A stretch of DNA of 64,000 bases from a virus (taxonomy: Duplodnaviria > Heunggongvirae > Uroviricota > Caudoviricetes). Shown here piece after piece: positions 10,617 through 21,572 of the stretch. The notes beneath the pieces were generated by a model, which was not told where the DNA came from, made no database searches, and saw nothing but the letters and a program-made list of their open reading frames with translations. The position numbers and the translations under genes are program-made. The stretch lies in IMG/VR virus record IMGVR_UViG_3300028048_001599; one strand, given 5' to 3'. How positions within the stretch are numbered: position 1 is the stretch's first letter; each line of letters begins with the position of its first letter.

Positions 10617-11655
10617 TATAAACCTTACAACTAAAGATTTTGCTGGATTTAATATCAGTGGCTCGAATGATGATGTGGATAGTGCTCATAAAAGTAGTTT
10701 TATAGGTGCTATTCCATCAAGTATAAACCTTGCAGTTGAACAGTTACCTGGTATTTCCAGTGATGACTTTGGTATGCTTGACATGCAGGGTAGTGCAATC
10801 GGTAATATATTGATGAATAATGTAATAAATACATTATGTTTATCACCTCTTATGTTAAGGAGTATGCTACCGAGAGTCGAAATAGAATACAAGGGTTCAA
10901 AGAAAGAATGGGGTAAATTTGCTTGTAACCTGTTTACTGTTGATAGTAAGTTTCAAGGAAGCACATCAAGAGGTGCGGTTCTTGATGATATTCGTAATTA
11001 TGTATTCTATAATAACCTTAAAACTCCTGAGCACTTAATGAAGGGGTTAGGTGGTTGTGTAACTGAAGATTTTTTCCTTTATCGTCAGGAGGTTATACCT
11101 GAGCAAAGTAGAAATCAACGTGTTACTGAACAGCACACTCAGCGTGGTCAAAAAACAATTCAACAAGTATTTCCTACTGAAACAGATAAAAAGCTAATAG
11201 GGATAAGGGCAATGCATTTTGCTGATACAGTAGGTAGAGCTTTAAAACAAATAGGTATTGGAGATTTTAAGGTAGCTAATCGTACTGATGATTCAGGTAA
11301 ACCTTATCAGGAGTTGTTGGTTGAATTATCTTATGATTACGCAAATTCAAAAGGTTTAACATCTTATGGCACTACTGAATCTGGTATTGAAATACCGATT
11401 TCAATGTTGGACTCTATATATTATGAGCTTATGCACTTATGTTCTGATATTACTAAGTATAAGACACACATTCCAATTGTGCTTATCAATTATGCAGACT
11501 ACGCTCAGACGCTCCCGTCGCAGGTTATTCCTGTGCTTAAGGCTTTTAATACATTTATAAAACGTATATCAAATGGTATTGTGATTTACTTTAATGTTGA
11601 CACATCAGTACCGAAATTTTATGATGCTATAATGAATATAGAACGTGTTCAATAA
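10606..11655 (+). CDS. hypothetical protein between gyrA and the helicase
   Basis: 349-aa ORF overlapping gyrA stop. Confidence 0.65.
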   Translation: MYVNINLTTKDFAGFNISGSNDDVDSAHKSSFIGAIPSSINLAVEQLPGISSDDFGMLDMQGSAIGNILMNNVINTLCLSPLMLRSMLPRVEIEYKGSKKEWGKFACNLFTVDSKFQGSTSRGAVLDDIRNYVFYNNLKTPEHLMKGLGGCVTEDFFLYRQEVIPEQSRNQRVTEQHTQRGQKTIQQVFPTETDKKLIGIRAMHFADTVGRALKQIGIGDFKVANRTDDSGKPYQELLVELSYDYANSKGLTSYGTTESGIEIPISMLDSIYYELMHLCSDITKYKTHIPIVLINYADYAQTLPSQVIPVLKAFNTFIKRISNGIVIYFNVDTSVPKFYDAIMNIERVQ

Positions 11656-11724
11656 CTTATATTAATACTTTATGATTTAGTGGTATCTACTCTTTGTGGA
11701 AATAATAAAAAGGAGACAAGCATT

Positions 11725-13179
11725 ATGTTTGTAGAACTGAGTGGAAAAATATTTGCTGGTATCTATTCAAAGAACAACGAAAATGGGGTTCTGAATAGAC
11801 GTAGACAAGACCTTATAACTAACTTTGCGGAGAATATATTCAAGGACGAGTATTTTGTATATTATTCAATTTTGAAAAGGTTTCCGAAGTTGGGTACTGT
11901 TGATGAAAAGTTTTTAGCTTTGTACCTTAATACAAATAAGGCAACATTTTTAAAAGAACGTAGCATAGATTTAGGGAAATATGCAGGGGTAGCCGATAGT
12001 TATAATGAGTTCTGCATAACTTGTATAAATACATATAAGGAATGTATGAATCATCCTGTAATTTCTGACGAGGAGTTCATTCTTGCTATTGAACAGTACA
12101 GGATTGAATACATAAATGAACAGTCAATTATTCTTATGCAGGACTCAGCTGCTATTATGACTGATGGTATGCCTTACGGTAGACGTGTTCTTAATGGTTT
12201 TCATGATATGCAGGCTTATATGAAAAGAGGACTACAAACACTTGAAAATCTCGATAATGGTTCATCACATATAGGTATTATAACTTATGGTGATAATGAA
12301 CCCGAAGACATGTCGAATAATCTTAAAACTATATGTGAATTTGGTATTGAACCACTGGACAAAGCAACAGGGGGTATGACTGAGGGTGATATGATTTCCA
12401 TTCTTGGTGTTGCTAAGGGTGGTAAATCAAGGTTTATGACCTATCTTGTGCATAGAGCACTTATGCAGGGTATCAATTGTGTTGTTTGGTCAGTCGAAAA
12501 CGGGGTAAAAGGTTGGGAAGCACTTTTAAGAGCAAGACATTTTGATTATAAGTATAATTCAACAAATGATATTACGTCACATTGTTTTATATCAGATAAT
12601 GAAATTCGTAAAGGTACATTATCTGGGGTACGTAAAGATAAGGAGGCGGCTTCTTGGCTTGACCTTAGAACGAACAAAGAGTATGGCAAACTTACAGTAA
12701 TTGATGAGCCTTTTGATATTAATTCATACATCGAAACGCTCGACACTGCGGTTAAACAGGGTTCAGCTCAGCTTGTAGCTGTTGACTATCTTCAGTTGAT
12801 TGGCGACAGTAATAATTCACGTAACCGTAATGAAGTTATTGCTGAAGCATATCAGAAATCTTTGAGGTACCTTAAGGCAAATAAACTTGTAGGTCTTTTT
12901 CCTGCACAGATTAAACAAACCTCTGTATCGAGTCTATCTTCATTAAAGACTGAGGAACTTGGTTCTGTTGAAACAAGAGATATTGCTGGTGCATCCTATG
13001 AAGTTGTAAAAACACCGGATATTAATATAGCTCTTATAGGCTCTGTTGAGGATATTAAGGTTGGACATCTTGCACTTGTGTCAATGCCATCAAGAAACTC
13101 AGCTCCGTTTGCACCAACCGATTTAAGTGTAGATTTTGGTGCTTGTAATTATATGGTAATGAATAAAGATAGGGGATAA
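11725..13179 (+). CDS. DnaB-like (SF4) replicative helicase
   Basis: Walker A GVAKGGKS, WSVEN, VAVDYLQL Walker B, PAQ motif; ATG 11725 after AAGGAG. Confidence 0.8.
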   Translation: MFVELSGKIFAGIYSKNNENGVLNRRRQDLITNFAENIFKDEYFVYYSILKRFPKLGTVDEKFLALYLNTNKATFLKERSIDLGKYAGVADSYNEFCITCINTYKECMNHPVISDEEFILAIEQYRIEYINEQSIILMQDSAAIMTDGMPYGRRVLNGFHDMQAYMKRGLQTLENLDNGSSHIGIITYGDNEPEDMSNNLKTICEFGIEPLDKATGGMTEGDMISILGVAKGGKSRFMTYLVHRALMQGINCVVWSVENGVKGWEALLRARHFDYKYNSTNDITSHCFISDNEIRKGTLSGVRKDKEAASWLDLRTNKEYGKLTVIDEPFDINSYIETLDTAVKQGSAQLVAVDYLQLIGDSNNSRNRNEVIAEAYQKSLRYLKANKLVGLFPAQIKQTSVSSLSSLKTEELGSVETRDIAGASYEVVKTPDINIALIGSVEDIKVGHLALVSMPSRNSAPFAPTDLSVDFGACNYMVMNKDRG

Positions 13180-13181
13180 AC

Positions 13182-13700
13182 ATGTATTTAGTGGGTAAAA
13201 CGTATAAAAATAATAAAATAACGGGATATGCGGTAATTACTGTGGATAGAAAGGTTATAATACTCGATGAAACACAGTTTAACAACTATAAGTTTTTAAA
13301 CGACATTCGTAATGTAGATGCTTGTTATTCCGATTTGTTAGTAATAAAAGACGGGGTAGCAACGAATGAAAACATTGCTGTAATATCAATTCACAGTAAT
13401 CGTGCAATGGTACTATCTATAATAAGCGGTTCATTTTGTATTTCGTCAATGTCCTGTGATAAGATTGACAGTGACAGTATAATAAATAAGAATGACTTCA
13501 TAGTATTTGATTATGAAAATTCTTTAGATAGCTACAAAGAATATGCGTACTCAAAATATTTGGAGTACTGCTCCAAAAATTCTAAGAGGGCACCTAAACC
13601 TCGTGAAAAATTTGTTGCTGAAGATTGGACTTATGCTTTTCATATAATGAAAACATTTTATACGGCGGACTACAATGACTGGATGAGATGGTTAGGTTAA
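13182..13700 (+). CDS. hypothetical protein, paralogue of 14476-15108
   Basis: MYLVG start; shared C-terminal PKP....DW....M.TF.TA.YNDW.R.L. Confidence 0.7.
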   Translation: MYLVGKTYKNNKITGYAVITVDRKVIILDETQFNNYKFLNDIRNVDACYSDLLVIKDGVATNENIAVISIHSNRAMVLSIISGSFCISSMSCDKIDSDSIINKNDFIVFDYENSLDSYKEYAYSKYLEYCSKNSKRAPKPREKFVAEDWTYAFHIMKTFYTADYNDWMRWLG

Positions 13701-13715
13701 GGTAGGCGATACAGT

Positions 13716-14438
13716 ATGTGGTGGAGTCGTGAAGATTCACTTTTGGACATAATAAAAGGTACCACACATGAAGAAAGAAGGCCTTATAGGGATAGTCGTG
13801 TAGACACAGATGCAATGCATGACGAAATAGTCAGAAAATTTACAGGTAAATTTGACTTTAAGAAATTCTGTGGTGCTATATCGATTCTTTCAGGTACTGT
13901 ATGTGTTGCGTTGGCTATAGCATTTATGTTTTTCACGGAATATACAGTATTTATAGTAAACGATATAGAAAAAGATGAATACTGGGTGTCAAAAGAAGGT
14001 GTTCATTATGAAGAAGATGAGTACTACCGTCGTGGTTACAGAAAAGGTGACAAGCATAGAGTTAACTACATTTATTATGATAACTATATGGTAGACGGTG
14101 TAGAATACACTCATAAGTCATACGTAGACTTTGGTGATAGGGGTATTCGATACTTTCCAAATAATCCGTCAGTAAGTATAACTGACTCAGAGTTTACCAT
14201 AGTAGTAGGAATATCAGGGGGTATTTGTGTTTTAACCTTAATAATGGTTTTGGTTTTACACTTTGTAGATACAGATATTGACGAGGTTGACTCGCTTTCG
14301 GATGATGAATTAGATAGCTCAGGAGACATTAATGATTTCAACATAGATACTGACGTAGGTAACTTTGACACTGGCATGAATAAGTCTAATTATGATAGTG
14401 GTTATGACTTGGGCGATGAAATAGATTTTGATGATTAG
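13716..14438 (+). CDS. two-TM membrane protein with acidic tail (DUF3592-like)
   Basis: two hydrophobic segments flanking Y.VDGVEY...I.Y.P.NP segment. Confidence 0.6.
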   Translation: MWWSREDSLLDIIKGTTHEERRPYRDSRVDTDAMHDEIVRKFTGKFDFKKFCGAISILSGTVCVALAIAFMFFTEYTVFIVNDIEKDEYWVSKEGVHYEEDEYYRRGYRKGDKHRVNYIYYDNYMVDGVEYTHKSYVDFGDRGIRYFPNNPSVSITDSEFTIVVGISGGICVLTLIMVLVLHFVDTDIDEVDSLSDDELDSSGDINDFNIDTDVGNFDTGMNKSNYDSGYDLGDEIDFDD

Positions 14439-14475
14439 TGCTTAACATAAGTGGTTTAAGAGTGGAGGTAACAAC

Positions 14476-15108
14476 ATGTATTTAGTGGGTTGTAACAGAA
14501 GAATAAACGATGGTTGTTTAAGGCATCCTGTTTATGATTATGCAAATCCGACAGTATTGAGTTTACTGTCAGACGAAGTAATTATTAACATGCATAATAT
14601 AGATGACATTCAAAATGTGGCAATTAAGGACGACATGTTAAGCACTGAAACAAGTTTTGGTGTTATGGATATATTTATAATGTGTCGAATCAATAACAAG
14701 TATAAGGTAGTAATGTACGACAGTGCTACTGAAACAAACAATGGTTTCTATACTGATATGTTTACCTTTGAAGCACTTGATGCTATGGAATGTAACGGTT
14801 GTAACATAGTAAATGCATATGTCAAAGATGGTGAGTACAAAGGAACAGGGGTACATATTCCGAATGTTATTATCGGTAAAGGTGAACCTTGCATGTTTGA
14901 TAGTTATAATGAAATTTATAAGCGTTTTCTGCTAAGAATGTATGATTTGTACTGTATGTACTCAGTTGAAGGTAAGTCAAGTCGGTCGCCCAAACCTTAC
15001 AGTCACTTAGATAGTGGTGATTGGCACTGGTTAAGACAGCGAATGAGGACATTTCACACAGCTGAATATAATGACTGGATACGACTTCTTTCAGCAACAG
15101 TGAAATAG
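14476..15108 (+). CDS. hypothetical protein, paralogue of 13182-13700
   Basis: MYLVG start and same C-terminal motif; GGAGG RBS. Confidence 0.7.
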   Translation: MYLVGCNRRINDGCLRHPVYDYANPTVLSLLSDEVIINMHNIDDIQNVAIKDDMLSTETSFGVMDIFIMCRINNKYKVVMYDSATETNNGFYTDMFTFEALDAMECNGCNIVNAYVKDGEYKGTGVHIPNVIIGKGEPCMFDSYNEIYKRFLLRMYDLYCMYSVEGKSSRSPKPYSHLDSGDWHWLRQRMRTFHTAEYNDWIRLLSATVK

Positions 15109-15119
15109 GGGGAATTACC

Positions 15120-15515
15120 TTGAATAAAGAACTAAGAAATAAAATTGTAGGTCTATGTATGACCGACTTAGAAACTTTAGTAGCTACCAATCCAATAGGT
15201 GCAAAGGATTTAGTACTTGATTATAGAGCCGATGTAATTCAGAGGTTCAATAAAAAGGTCATAACAGGGGTAAGCTACCTTGAATTGAGAATCTTACCCA
15301 TGAATAAACAGTTTGATAGAAACAACTTCTTAGCAAACTTAATTATTCTTTGTAACAATTGTCTTGATAAACACGGTGTTCCGGTTGATACAGTTGTAAA
15401 GGTTCTTGACGATGACGAAAAGGATGGTCACATCATATATGAAATATGGTGTCCTGATGGTAATAAAGAAATTCGAGCAGAGTACGTAAGGAAGTTTACA
15501 AAGTATTTGAAATAG
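15120..15515 (+). CDS. hypothetical protein
   Basis: 131-aa ORF, TTG start after GGGGGA. Confidence 0.6.
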   Translation: MNKELRNKIVGLCMTDLETLVATNPIGAKDLVLDYRADVIQRFNKKVITGVSYLELRILPMNKQFDRNNFLANLIILCNNCLDKHGVPVDTVVKVLDDDEKDGHIIYEIWCPDGNKEIRAEYVRKFTKYLK

Positions 15516-15517
15516 TA

Positions 15518-15961
15518 GTGGTGATAAAAATGAGTAACGAAGAAGTAAAAGTGATGCTTACCAAAATTCAGGTAATAATATTGGTAATTACAGTGGTAAT
15601 GTTAGTAGCAAATAAGGTTGTTGCTAATACATATGATGGTTATGAAACAGTAAAATACGAAATCACAGGGGTAAGAGAAGTTAACAATTACCCCTATAGT
15701 ACAGATGGTTACAGTAGAAATTTCTACACAACAGTAAAGTATTCGGATAAACAAGGGGTAGAATACACAAAGACATTTAACAAGAGATTACAAGATGATT
15801 TCCAAATCAGATGTGATTCTACTGATTATAGCAATTATTTAACATCGGATATGGTAAAAACAAGTAAGGCACAATCTATAATAATGTCTATACTTTGTGT
15901 GTTGTTTAGTTTGATGGTTTGTGTAGCTTATTTTCCGTTTAGAGGTGTAAAACGTAAATGA
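15518..15961 (+). CDS. two-TM membrane protein
   Basis: N- and C-terminal hydrophobic helices; true start may be ATG 15530. Confidence 0.6.
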   Translation: MVIKMSNEEVKVMLTKIQVIILVITVVMLVANKVVANTYDGYETVKYEITGVREVNNYPYSTDGYSRNFYTTVKYSDKQGVEYTKTFNKRLQDDFQIRCDSTDYSNYLTSDMVKTSKAQSIIMSILCVLFSLMVCVAYFPFRGVKRK

Positions 15962-16458
15962 TTAATTGTGAAAATTGTGGTGCTGAAATAGACATCATGG
16001 ATGAATACTGTCCTGTTTGTGGGGCTTCAAACAAAACAATAAAAGATAATATGACATACGGTAGTTATGGTCGAACTGAATGTAATTTACAGTCTGACAT
16101 ATATGAAGAACAGAACGAAGATGGGGTAGCTGTGTTAGCATACTTTGGTTTGTTTGTAATAATCCCTATAATAAAATCAAAGGATTCTGACTTTGTAAGA
16201 TTTCACGCAAATCAAGGTATAATATTAAATATATTTTCAATAATATGCTTTGTTATAATGTATGGTCTATACAATGTAAGTAGTTTATATCTTGGTAATA
16301 TTTCTGAGCACTCTCAATTGATTGCAACTGTCACTGCTATTTGTGCCATATCAATTTTTATAGTACTTTTCGTATGCTGGGTAGTACCTCTGGTTGGAGT
16401 TTTTCATGGTATGAGACGTAAAGCTCCTATAATTGGTAATATACGGATATTGAAATAA
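15958..16458 (+). CDS. zinc-ribbon + DUF4870-like membrane protein
   Basis: CENCG...CPVCG ribbon; LAYFGL....FVRFHANQG motif; three TM segments. Confidence 0.75.
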   Translation: MINCENCGAEIDIMDEYCPVCGASNKTIKDNMTYGSYGRTECNLQSDIYEEQNEDGVAVLAYFGLFVIIPIIKSKDSDFVRFHANQGIILNIFSIICFVIMYGLYNVSSLYLGNISEHSQLIATVTAICAISIFIVLFVCWVVPLVGVFHGMRRKAPIIGNIRILK

Positions 16459-16463
16459 GATAG

Positions 16464-16490
16464 CTGCATGAAATCTTCATGCAGTTTTCT
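16464..16490 (+). terminator. rho-independent terminator
   Basis: CTGCATGAA-atc-TTCATGCAG then TTTTCT. Confidence 0.75.
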
Positions 16491-16500
16491 TATTATAGTC

Positions 16501-16605
16501 TAAAATGGCTCAGAATCGTCTGTAACGGATTTTTCTTTGAAAAATGGGTTGGTAATAGTTTCGGAAAAAAGTTGCTCAGAATGGTTCACAGCTCATTTCA
16601 GGGCA
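16501..16605. repeat. bipartite dispersed element, copy A
   Basis: two GCTCAGAAT half-sites 66 bp apart; related to 30645-30750. Confidence 0.6.
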
Positions 16606-16642
16606 TAGTAAAAATAAATCACATTAGGTTGATAAAAATGTC

Positions 16643-16671
16643 TTGACATTTTTCGACATCTGTGTTATAAT
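16643..16671 (+). promoter_or_regulatory. consensus sigmaA/sigma70 promoter with extended -10
   Basis: TTGACA-17bp-TATAAT with TGn. Confidence 0.85.
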
Positions 16672-16695
16672 AATTCATAAAAGGAGGCAATTACA

Positions 16696-17583
16696 TTGAA
16701 GGACTATAAAAAACTTTTAGAGGACTTGGATAAATACACTAGGTTATTAGTCGTATCATGTGCAATTGTTGATGAACAGTTTACTTTGGAAGGAACCTCT
16801 GATAATATGGACGAGGACAAACGAAAATTCATAGATGAAGTAATTAATTATATTCGTCACGAATGTTTATCTGTGTATTGTGTTGGTATGATACAGGCGG
16901 TTCTCTGTGAACTAAGTGCGAATGAGTCTGTAAATGATATAGAAAAAACCTACAATATAAATTTGAGGGAGCCTATTCTTCATACATTAAAAATTGTTGA
17001 AGCACTTATGGGTATTACATTATCTTCATTAGGTACTGTGATATGTATGCGTGACGAACACATATATTATTGGGATGTGGTCGACGTAGATATAGAAGAA
17101 AATATGGGTTTATTTTTGAACTTCATATGTAATGAAATTAATTCACTTGCTGTTCTAACAATCATAGAGCTAGCATGTTACCTCACAATAGAAACTGGTT
17201 ACGCTTACTCGTCATTCTTCACTGCAGCTTGTATATCACAGCATTTATATGATTACGGGGTAGACAGCCAATTCATTGAATTTGCTCGAAACAGAGCTGT
17301 TGAAAATCTTGAGTTCACTTGTAGGAAGATGGAAGAAGTAGGTAAGTCTAAGCAACTTAAAGAATTGAAAGAGTACGCAAAAAAGCAATATTGGTCTGCA
17401 CCTCGTTTATATTGGTTTGTTAATGTTTTAATTGAGCAAATGCAACTGTACGTAAACGGTTCAGTAAATGATGGTAAAGACGCACAACTTTGTTCCTCAC
17501 TGTATTCTTCTCTTGTTGACAACTTTGGGTCAATTGATGACGAAAGAGCTACTATATTAGCATTGATGGAAGATTATGATTAA
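16696..17583 (+). CDS. hypothetical helical protein
   Basis: 295-aa ORF, TTG start after AAGGAGG, directly downstream of the consensus promoter. Confidence 0.7.
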   Translation: MKDYKKLLEDLDKYTRLLVVSCAIVDEQFTLEGTSDNMDEDKRKFIDEVINYIRHECLSVYCVGMIQAVLCELSANESVNDIEKTYNINLREPILHTLKIVEALMGITLSSLGTVICMRDEHIYYWDVVDVDIEENMGLFLNFICNEINSLAVLTIIELACYLTIETGYAYSSFFTAACISQHLYDYGVDSQFIEFARNRAVENLEFTCRKMEEVGKSKQLKELKEYAKKQYWSAPRLYWFVNVLIEQMQLYVNGSVNDGKDAQLCSSLYSSLVDNFGSIDDERATILALMEDYD

Positions 17584-17637
17584 CACTTGTTTTCGTACTG
17601 TTTAATTTCGTAGTAGAAATTTTATAGGGGTGATGAT

Positions 17638-18594
17638 ATGTCAAGCATTGAAAGTATATCAAAGAACATAAATAAGTGGGGTACTTTGTTGGTTTTGACA
17701 AGGATGATAGAGACAGGTATAATGGAGTTTGGTGCTATACCAACAAAGGATGAACCTGACGACGTTTCTGAATTTGTGTCCGACCTAATTAAAGAGCTTA
17801 ATGAAACTTCATTATTTAGTGAATATACTTTTGCTCGTTTGTTGTTTGAGATGCAAAAGTTGTATAAGTACATTTCAAAGGGAAATGTAGTTGACTCCAT
17901 TCTTGAACAGACGGTGGAGTTGATACATGAAAAAACTGGTATGCTTGTAGCAAAATCGGGATATGTATTATATGAAGACCCGTCACATACACCTGATTTT
18001 AGTATATTCTCAAATGCACTCGCTAATTTCGGAGTATTATCAGAGTTTATATATGAATACGTGGCATCACCGACTGAACTGCATATTATTCAGGCATTTA
18101 CTGATTTAACTAACTGTCTGTGTAGTATAGAACAGCAACTATTTATTTCCTATGTTATAGACAAGCATATAAAATCGGATATAGGAATACCTGATGTTAA
18201 GTTAAAATTAATTGGTCTATCATTCGTCAAGCTTGCAAAAGAACGTATTAAGAAAAGTATAGCAACAGAACAATATGATTTCATAACTGCCACATTTGCT
18301 ATTGCAAAGAAGGAAAAAATTACTGCTACTCCATTCAATGTACCATACATAGAGATGTTATCAAATATACTATTGAAAATGCAAATATATTCTTCCATTT
18401 TGCAATATGACTTGACTTCAACTTTGAACGACACAGAACTTGACTTTTCGAAGGTACCTATATTTACTGAGGATAACTACAATAATACATTTGCGTTCTT
18501 CGACAATTTGTACGAACAGGCGGACATTTATGGTGACTGTAAGGAATGTATTATAGACATAGTAAAGACAGTATACGAAAAAAGTTGTGAATAA
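17638..18594 (+). CDS. hypothetical helical protein
   Basis: 318-aa ORF with GGGGTGA RBS. Confidence 0.7.
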   Translation: MSSIESISKNINKWGTLLVLTRMIETGIMEFGAIPTKDEPDDVSEFVSDLIKELNETSLFSEYTFARLLFEMQKLYKYISKGNVVDSILEQTVELIHEKTGMLVAKSGYVLYEDPSHTPDFSIFSNALANFGVLSEFIYEYVASPTELHIIQAFTDLTNCLCSIEQQLFISYVIDKHIKSDIGIPDVKLKLIGLSFVKLAKERIKKSIATEQYDFITATFAIAKKEKITATPFNVPYIEMLSNILLKMQIYSSILQYDLTSTLNDTELDFSKVPIFTEDNYNNTFAFFDNLYEQADIYGDCKECIIDIVKTVYEKSCE

Positions 18595-18610
18595 GAACTT
18601 TGTGTAGGAG

Positions 18611-19072
18611 ATGTTAAATATGATTATATGGTCAGAATGTGGAAATGATATATTTTATGATAGAATGGTTAAGAAATACGGGACTGACGATACAGGTATA
18701 ATTTATAGAAAACTTGTAAAGAGGGCGAGTAGTAAACCTATTGCAAGAAATGGGAAACCTTGTAAGCTTATTTCCTACATTGTTGGTAAGGATGCCGCTG
18801 TATTAGAAACAGCTGAGGTAACCACATATGGTGATATTCTAAATATTATAGGTTCGCATGCAAACCTGGAAGAAATAGGGGTAGCATACAATCAAATTAT
18901 CGTAAGACGTTTGAATTATCCTTGTATTTTCTATAGTGTATTACATCAATCTTTGACAAAATTAGCTGTTCAAAAATTTGAGGACATGGCATATATGGGT
19001 AAATTTTCAGTGACAGTGCTACCTAGATATGCATATAATATAGGTAGAAAAATGGTGGAGGTTCTTAAGTAA
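18611..19072 (+). CDS. hypothetical protein
   Basis: 153-aa ORF, AGGAG RBS. Confidence 0.65.
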   Translation: MLNMIIWSECGNDIFYDRMVKKYGTDDTGIIYRKLVKRASSKPIARNGKPCKLISYIVGKDAAVLETAEVTTYGDILNIIGSHANLEEIGVAYNQIIVRRLNYPCIFYSVLHQSLTKLAVQKFEDMAYMGKFSVTVLPRYAYNIGRKMVEVLK

Positions 19073-19788
19073 TGACAAAACGTGGTATTTTTTACTTTAC
19101 ACTTGCATTAACAGTGCTGACATTGTGTGGTTGTACCAATGAAATGCAAGAAATAGGGGTATCTGATTATCAATTGGCAGAAACATCGTCAGATACAAGT
19201 TTAAACATACTGTCTGGTGGTTTGATTGATAATAGTAATACAATACATATACCCGAAGGTGAAGAAGAGAATTACAAGGGCGGAACAACATCAAATCCAA
19301 GTGGTAAACCCAAAATAACTGTAACCTACCCTAAGTTATATAAAGTTACAACGCCGGATAAAGCTGAATTTATACAATTGAACCGAGCTGACGACAAATT
19401 ATCTGTAACAATATGTGCTTCTTATTTAGATAAAGACAGTTCTGAGAATGTGTTAAACAAGGATAAATGGTCTAAAGCACATAGTAAATCTTGGGTATAC
19501 GATAAAATAAAGGATGAAAAAATAGGTGATAAAAAAGTAACCTATGTTATTTCGGGTGATTATCAAACGTCTTTGTATCATTCATTAAAAGCAGAGTTTA
19601 AAACCGGGGTAAAATGTAAAGCATATACTGGTGAAACAACAGAACTTATTATTAATGTTATAATAACTCATAAAGATTATGACTTTGATTTTACAGATGG
19701 TGACGCTACTAAAATGATTAACCTGATGTATGATTTAATTCCAACAATAGAAGTTGATACAGATGGTATGAACCTAAACAATGATTAA
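19072..19788 (+). CDS. putative lipoprotein
   Basis: MTKR + hydrophobic core + LCGC lipobox. Confidence 0.7.
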   Translation: MTKRGIFYFTLALTVLTLCGCTNEMQEIGVSDYQLAETSSDTSLNILSGGLIDNSNTIHIPEGEEENYKGGTTSNPSGKPKITVTYPKLYKVTTPDKAEFIQLNRADDKLSVTICASYLDKDSSENVLNKDKWSKAHSKSWVYDKIKDEKIGDKKVTYVISGDYQTSLYHSLKAEFKTGVKCKAYTGETTELIINVIITHKDYDFDFTDGDATKMINLMYDLIPTIEVDTDGMNLNND

Positions 19789-19804
19789 ATACTAATAACG
19801 ATAG

Positions 19805-19847
19805 CACTCTGTATCACATCAAAAAAGATACAGAGTGTTTTCTTTTT
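19805..19847 (+). terminator. rho-independent terminator
   Basis: CACTCTGTATC / GATACAGAGTG stem then T-rich tail. Confidence 0.7.
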
Positions 19848-19879
19848 AGTGTTACATTTATCTATAATAAGCAAAGGCG

Positions 19880-20107
19880 GTGATTAAAATGCGTTTAACA
19901 AAGGATTTTGTATACGAATATTGTTTGAAGCTAAATGAGGATGCTAAACGGTTGCACTTGTATAGGACTTATGGTTACTGGTTGATATCTTGTGGTAATT
20001 CACAGTATACATTATACCATGAGCAACAGCAATTAACAACTGGTTCATTACATGAGGTTTTTGGTGCATTACGAGCTGTAAAATATACATTATCGTTAAT
20101 GGGGTGA
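19880..20107 (+). CDS. small hypothetical protein
   Basis: 75-aa ORF. Confidence 0.55.
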   Translation: MIKMRLTKDFVYEYCLKLNEDAKRLHLYRTYGYWLISCGNSQYTLYHEQQQLTTGSLHEVFGALRAVKYTLSLMG

Positions 20108-20361
20108 TATGTGTGAAAGGGACAGTAAAAGAGATTTGTGACTCTCATTCTGCTATTGCTCACTGTTCTGAATGGAATTTAACATTGAAATATATTGACC
20201 ACTTAGATAATCAAGTTTACTTGGAACAGGGTACTGATCCAAGTAGTAAAACTTACCATAGACTAAAAATCTATTATACACCTGAAGATGCATATGTAGT
20301 TTTAGGTGGGCACAGAATATATTTGTCAGAATTTCTCAGAACCGGGGTACACACTGTATAG
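20104..20361 (+). CDS. small hypothetical protein
   Basis: 85-aa ORF coupled to previous. Confidence 0.55.
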   Translation: MICVKGTVKEICDSHSAIAHCSEWNLTLKYIDHLDNQVYLEQGTDPSSKTYHRLKIYYTPEDAYVVLGGHRIYLSEFLRTGVHTV

Positions 20362-20411
20362 TGATTAGTGGTTCAGGGTGCAACAGCACCCTGATTTTGT
20401 AGGAGATTAAT

Positions 20412-20768
20412 ATGTTTTCGGATATTATAAATGAAATCTGTATGTTTGTAGGTATACTTGCATGGTTTTTTGTTATACTGTTGTTATTTGTTGTATTTTT
20501 TCGACAATTTGCAAGTCAGGGTGAACCTTCAAGAAAGGAACCTGATGAGGACGACCCAGGTATATATGGCAATGTATCAGACGACATGGGTGAATATAAT
20601 GGTACAGAGCAAGAAGATGTATACAGAGCACCAAGTGGTGTTTTACGTGTAATATATGCAATACTTTCATTGGTAGTTATAGTAATATGGTTTATAATGA
20701 CATTCGTTTTGATTGCTAACGGAACAATAACTATAGACTTGTTGCGTTATATATTTCCGAATATTTAA
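20412..20768 (+). CDS. two-TM membrane protein
   Basis: two hydrophobic helices, AGGAG RBS. Confidence 0.6.
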   Translation: MFSDIINEICMFVGILAWFFVILLLFVVFFRQFASQGEPSRKEPDEDDPGIYGNVSDDMGEYNGTEQEDVYRAPSGVLRVIYAILSLVVIVIWFIMTFVLIANGTITIDLLRYIFPNI

Positions 20769-20994
20769 TCTAAACTTTACGAATTATTAGTTAATTCTTC
20801 AAGGTTTCAATAAATGTATATAAGAATTAAATTAGAAAAAATATCAAATTTAGAAGTACATAGTGAAATTTTAGGACACAATGGTTTAAATTTTGATTTA
20901 ACAAGTGTGTAAAATGGGTTACAAGTATGGATTAAAGGTGTGACATATTTTTAATACAAGTTTCAGTACATTTTGTACTTCTAAAATGTGAGGA

Positions 20995-21198
20995 GTGTTA
21001 AGAAAAATGAGGACAAAAATTTATGTAAACGGTGTACTTGTGTCTAAAAAGCATCTCGTTTCAATAATAGGAGTAGAGAAGACAGAGTGGTTTATAAACG
21101 ATGCTAAAAAGTTATATGCGAAAAATATTGTAACACCAGACTATATAATTTCTGTAGACGGTATGATGCAATTACTTTCAATTAGGTTCGATAAATAA
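20995..21198 (+). CDS. small hypothetical protein
   Basis: 67-aa ORF, GAGGAG RBS. Confidence 0.5.
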   Translation: MLRKMRTKIYVNGVLVSKKHLVSIIGVEKTEWFINDAKKLYAKNIVTPDYIISVDGMMQLLSIRFDK

Positions 21199-21223
21199 GA
21201 TATCAAGATACGGAGGTGTTATT

Positions 21224-21415
21224 ATGGCATATTATACGGGTATAAATGGCGGATTACTTCAAGTTGGTTCTGATACAAGATATGTTCGTGTTGAAGATAC
21301 TACGGATGTATACAGGTTTATAGACATTCCTATTGAATACTTGAAGGATTGGTATACGAGCGATATAAAATTGGACTCATCTATATGTAAGAACATAGTG
21401 AGACTTCCGCAATAA
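21224..21415 (+). CDS. small hypothetical protein
   Basis: 63-aa ORF, GGAGGT RBS. Confidence 0.55.
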   Translation: MAYYTGINGGLLQVGSDTRYVRVEDTTDVYRFIDIPIEYLKDWYTSDIKLDSSICKNIVRLPQ

Positions 21416-21437
21416 CATTAAAATAATGAACAAAAGA

Positions 21438-21471
21438 CAAGGGAGTAATAATTACTCCCTTGTAATTTTTT
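21438..21471 (+). terminator. rho-independent terminator
   Basis: CAAGGGAGTAA / TTACTCCCTTG stem plus T run. Confidence 0.75.
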
Positions 21472-21572
21472 TATCTACTTAGATACAGATTTGTAATTTT
21501 TGTGACATTTTTGTTTACCTTTATCTATAATATATTGTCACTGAATAATTAATAGATAAAGGAGTTTTTAAA